Source: Thermoproteota archaeon (GTDB lineage: Archaea; Korarchaeota; Korarchaeia; Korarchaeales; Korarchaeaceae). Taken from it: DNA of 49,724 bases. The first letter of the stretch is position 1. Each line of letters starts with the position of its first letter. Shown here one piece after another: positions 47,339 through 49,724 of the stretch. The notes under the pieces are model-generated. The model did no database searches. It saw only the letters and a program-made list of their open reading frames with translations, and had not been told where the DNA came from. Made by a program: the position numbers and the translations under genes. The stretch is taken from positions 1 through 49,724 of the forward strand of contig JAOZFH010000008.1 in assembly GCA_027491415.1 (NCBI GenBank), given 5' to 3'.

Positions 47339-47378
47339 CCGGCCTCCCTGCCCAGCCCTCTCTACAACCCTCCGAACC

Positions 47379-47885
47379 TCAGGCCTTCGCGAGGGAGCGG
47401 AGGACCTCAGGCGGGATCTCGTCGGGCACTATGGATGCCTGCTCCCTGACGGTCTCCAGCACGAGCGAGGTGTTGGTCTCCCTCACGCCGGGGATGCTCA
47501 GTATCTTCTTCAGGAGCTCGTTCAGCTCGTGCTGATCCCCGGCGATGAGCTTCACGACAATGTCGTACGGGCCCGTTATCTCGTGGACCTCGAGCACGTT
47601 CTGTGGGGCGATCTCGACAACCTTCTTGGCCACCTCTGCGTGCTTGCCGGGCTCTGTCCTCATGAGGATTATGTACTTGTATCCCTTGCCCAGCTTGGCG
47701 TGGTCCACTAGGGCCGTGTACCCCTTGATGATCCCCAGCTCCTCCAGCTTCCTGACCTTCTTCATTACACCGGCTGGACTCATGCCAAGCTCCCTGGCGA
47801 TCTGGGTGTACGTCACCCTCCCGTCCTCCACGAGCTTCTTCAGGATATTTAACTCCCGGTTGGTTATACCCTTCCTTCTGGGCAT
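47379..47885 (-). CDS. Lrp/AsnC family transcriptional regulator
   Basis: N-terminal HTH (DGRVTYTQIARELGMS..KLEELGIIKGY) and RAM domain (EVHEITGPYD..TNTSLVL). Confidence 0.92.
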   Translation of the reverse strand: MPRRKGITNRELNILKKLVEDGRVTYTQIARELGMSPAGVMKKVRKLEELGIIKGYTALVDHAKLGKGYKYIILMRTEPGKHAEVAKKVVEIAPQNVLEVHEITGPYDIVVKLIAGDQHELNELLKKILSIPGVRETNTSLVLETVREQASIVPDEIPPEVLRSLAKA

Positions 47886-47995
47886 TACAAACTCACCCCT
47901 ACATACTCGACTCCGAAGGGCGCATTATCGCGCCCTACCAACCCTAAACATCGGAAACATAAATAAAAAGTTTCAAGTTAAGGCCGTGTCTCCCA

Positions 47996-49724
47996 ATGGC
48001 CTTCCCAACATTTTACAGGGGAATAATCAAAGCCGCTAGAAGGGTCTTCAGATTAGGCAGTTTTCGACTGGCGGTCGGCATAGGAGCCCTTGAGAGCGCA
48101 GCGCTATTCTTAGCGTGTTTTTGGGTGTGCGACATCAACGCAACGATTTGGTTAACACTAACATATTCCGCGTCTCTCGTAATTGCGTTCACACTGTTGA
48201 GCGGCGTCAGCGGGCCACTCGACTCGAGGAGGGCCGCCTGGCTGGTAACACTCACACAGGCACCTCTTGCCATCGCACCCCTAGCGCTTGCCCCCCTCGG
48301 GGCCAAGGGGATCTACTCGGGGCTGCTGGCTGGCCTCCACGCCTCCATATATCTGAGGGCCCTCTCGGTCCTGTCAATGACAATGGAGGTTGGGAGGGCA
48401 CTCCCATCTTTTCTTGCGCCTCTTCTCGTGGCTTGGTGGCCGGTTAAGTCCGGTGAGATGGGACTTCCACTGCTCGGCCTCCCGCTGCTGACCGCGGCAC
48501 TAACACTCTGGCTGACGCTGGAGACGGAGGACAGGATTTCGAGGAGGCTCGTCGGAGAGAACGCCCTTCAGACGGTGAGGGCAATTGCCAGGCTCCTACT
48601 TGTGGGCGACCCAGACCCCTTGGAGAGCATCCTCGCCGCGAGGGCCAAGCCGGGCAGGGTGGGGATCCTGGGGGTGAAGTCGGGGAGCGTGGCGGTTGTG
48701 GCCCCCGACTTCCACCCCGGACCGCTTGGAGATGCCGGCAGCTCCAACGGGCCCTACAGGGTCTTATCGAGCTTAGAGGGGGCTGGACTCAAGGCGATAT
48801 TCCTCAGGAGGGTTAGCACTCACGGGAGGAACCTCCCCAGCAGGTGGTGGGTTGACAAGGTGGCCGAGCGCACCCTGGAGATCTTGAATTCTGCCCCCCC
48901 GGTTGAAGTGGGTCCCCCGGTGATCGTCAGATCGGAGACGGAGAGCATCGAGGTGTCCGCCCAGCGATTTGGCGACTACGTGCTGCTAGCAATATCCGGC
49001 TGGCCGAGAGACGCCGAGGACTTCCCTGAGACGGTCGAGCTGAGGCTGAAGGAGAGGGTTTCCTCCTCGGGCGGCGGGCCTATCCCGCTTATCGTTGACA
49101 GGCACGACTCCCTCGGGGCCGGCGAGCCGTGGAGCGTGGAGCCCTTCAGCGTGGAGGAGGAGCTCATCTTGGAAGCCGCCTGGAGGGCGTATCGGGGGGC
49201 GGTCGGCTCCCCCACCTCCAAGCGAGTGCTCGTGGGATTCGGCTCGGCCCACGGCCTCAAGGATGAACTCTCAAGCGTGGGGCCCGGTGGAGTGAGAGTC
49301 GTAACCTTGAGGCCGGCCGACGGATCTTGGGCCGTCGCCTACGTGTCTGTGGACGGAAACAACATGGTGCCGGAGCTCAGGGCCAGGATATGCGCGAGGC
49401 TCAGGTCGGCCGGATACGAGCCCATAGTCGCCACCACCGACACGCACTACACGCTCTCGCCCGAGACCCCGATCAACCCGGTGGGGTGGGGGGGTGAGGA
49501 GGAGGCCATCCTTAGGCTGGTAGAGACGGCCCTGGAGGAGGCCGAATCATCGGAGGCACCAGCGCACGTGAGCGCAGGCTACGGTGAGTTGGAGGTCATG
49601 CTGGTCGGTCGAGAAGCCGTCGACTCAATCGCCCTCGCGGCCGTGACGGCAGACCACGCGGCCCCCCTCGTGGCGATGGGGGCCGCGGTGCCGATGCTGC
49701 CTACGGCGCTGGTGGGCCTCCTGT
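47996..49724 (+). CDS. DUF2070 family membrane protein (3'-partial, runs off window)
   Basis: Translated by hand from ATG 47996: N-terminal TMs, then PDFHPGPLGDAGSS, STHGENL, VDRHDS, VDGNNM and TTDTH. No stop seen before the window end. Confidence 0.8.
   Translation, partial: MAFPTFYRGIIKAARRVFRLGSFRLAVGIGALESAALFLACFWVCDINATIWLTLTYSASLVIAFTLLSGVSGPLDSRRAAWLVTLTQAPLAIAPLALAPLGAKGIYSGLLAGLHASIYLRALSVLSMTMEVGRALPSFLAPLLVAWWPVKSGEMGLPLLGLPLLTAALTLWLTLETEDRISRRLVGENALQTVRAIARLLLVGDPDPLESILAARAKPGRVGILGVKSGSVAVVAPDFHPGPLGDAGSSNGPYRVLSSLEGAGLKAIFLRRVSTHGRNLPSRWWVDKVAERTLEILNSAPPVEVGPPVIVRSETESIEVSAQRFGDYVLLAISGWPRDAEDFPETVELRLKERVSSSGGGPIPLIVDRHDSLGAGEPWSVEPFSVEEELILEAAWRAYRGAVGSPTSKRVLVGFGSAHGLKDELSSVGPGGVRVVTLRPADGSWAVAYVSVDGNNMVPELRARICARLRSAGYEPIVATTDTHYTLSPETPINPVGWGGEEEAILRLVETALEEAESSEAPAHVSAGYGELEVMLVGREAVDSIALAAVTADHAAPLVAMGAAVPMLPTALVGLL

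Noticed and set aside
1-49724. tRNA/rRNA genes, CRISPR arrays, transposases or integrases
   Set aside because: No T-loop/cloverleaf, no regularly spaced direct repeats and no DDE, HUH or tyrosine-recombinase motifs were seen by eye; short or intron-split tRNAs cannot be fully excluded without tRNAscan-SE.

Overview
High-GC archaeal chromosome window with frequent GTG/TTG starts, TATA-like elements and overlapping ATGA/GTGA gene junctions. The archaeal-type SerRS, GlyRS, Trm14, XPD and Sec61beta suggest a thermophilic TACK-type lineage (inference). Most of the window is housekeeping: tRNA synthetases, thyX-dcd, trxB, speE, nikR, CLC channel, Lrp and DUF2070. The main accessory element is a ~14 kb minus-strand surface-structure cluster (25.7-39.8 kb). 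It encodes a secreted ~720-aa subunit ending GVDP-linker-TM-basic tail, a membrane-anchored accessory protein, a 3107-aa adhesin, and two membrane-anchored wHTH regulators. The adhesin carries a circularly permuted copy of the subunit joined exactly at GVDP, plus a cytoplasmic PIN-like tail. I read this as a candidate head-to-tail polymerising fibre system. Other notable items: a galactitol-family PTS (rare in archaea); a threonine-synthase-fold protein lacking the PLP lysine and fused to a wHTH, divergent from an ECF S-component; a dual-guide C/D box sRNA predicted to target 16S rRNA (C1402 and A915 equivalents); a collapsed molybdopterin oxidoreductase pseudogene; a probable CTG start for nikR; and a Sec61beta gene missed by the ORF track. 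No tRNA, rRNA, CRISPR array or transposase was seen. All family calls are by motif recognition, not database search.
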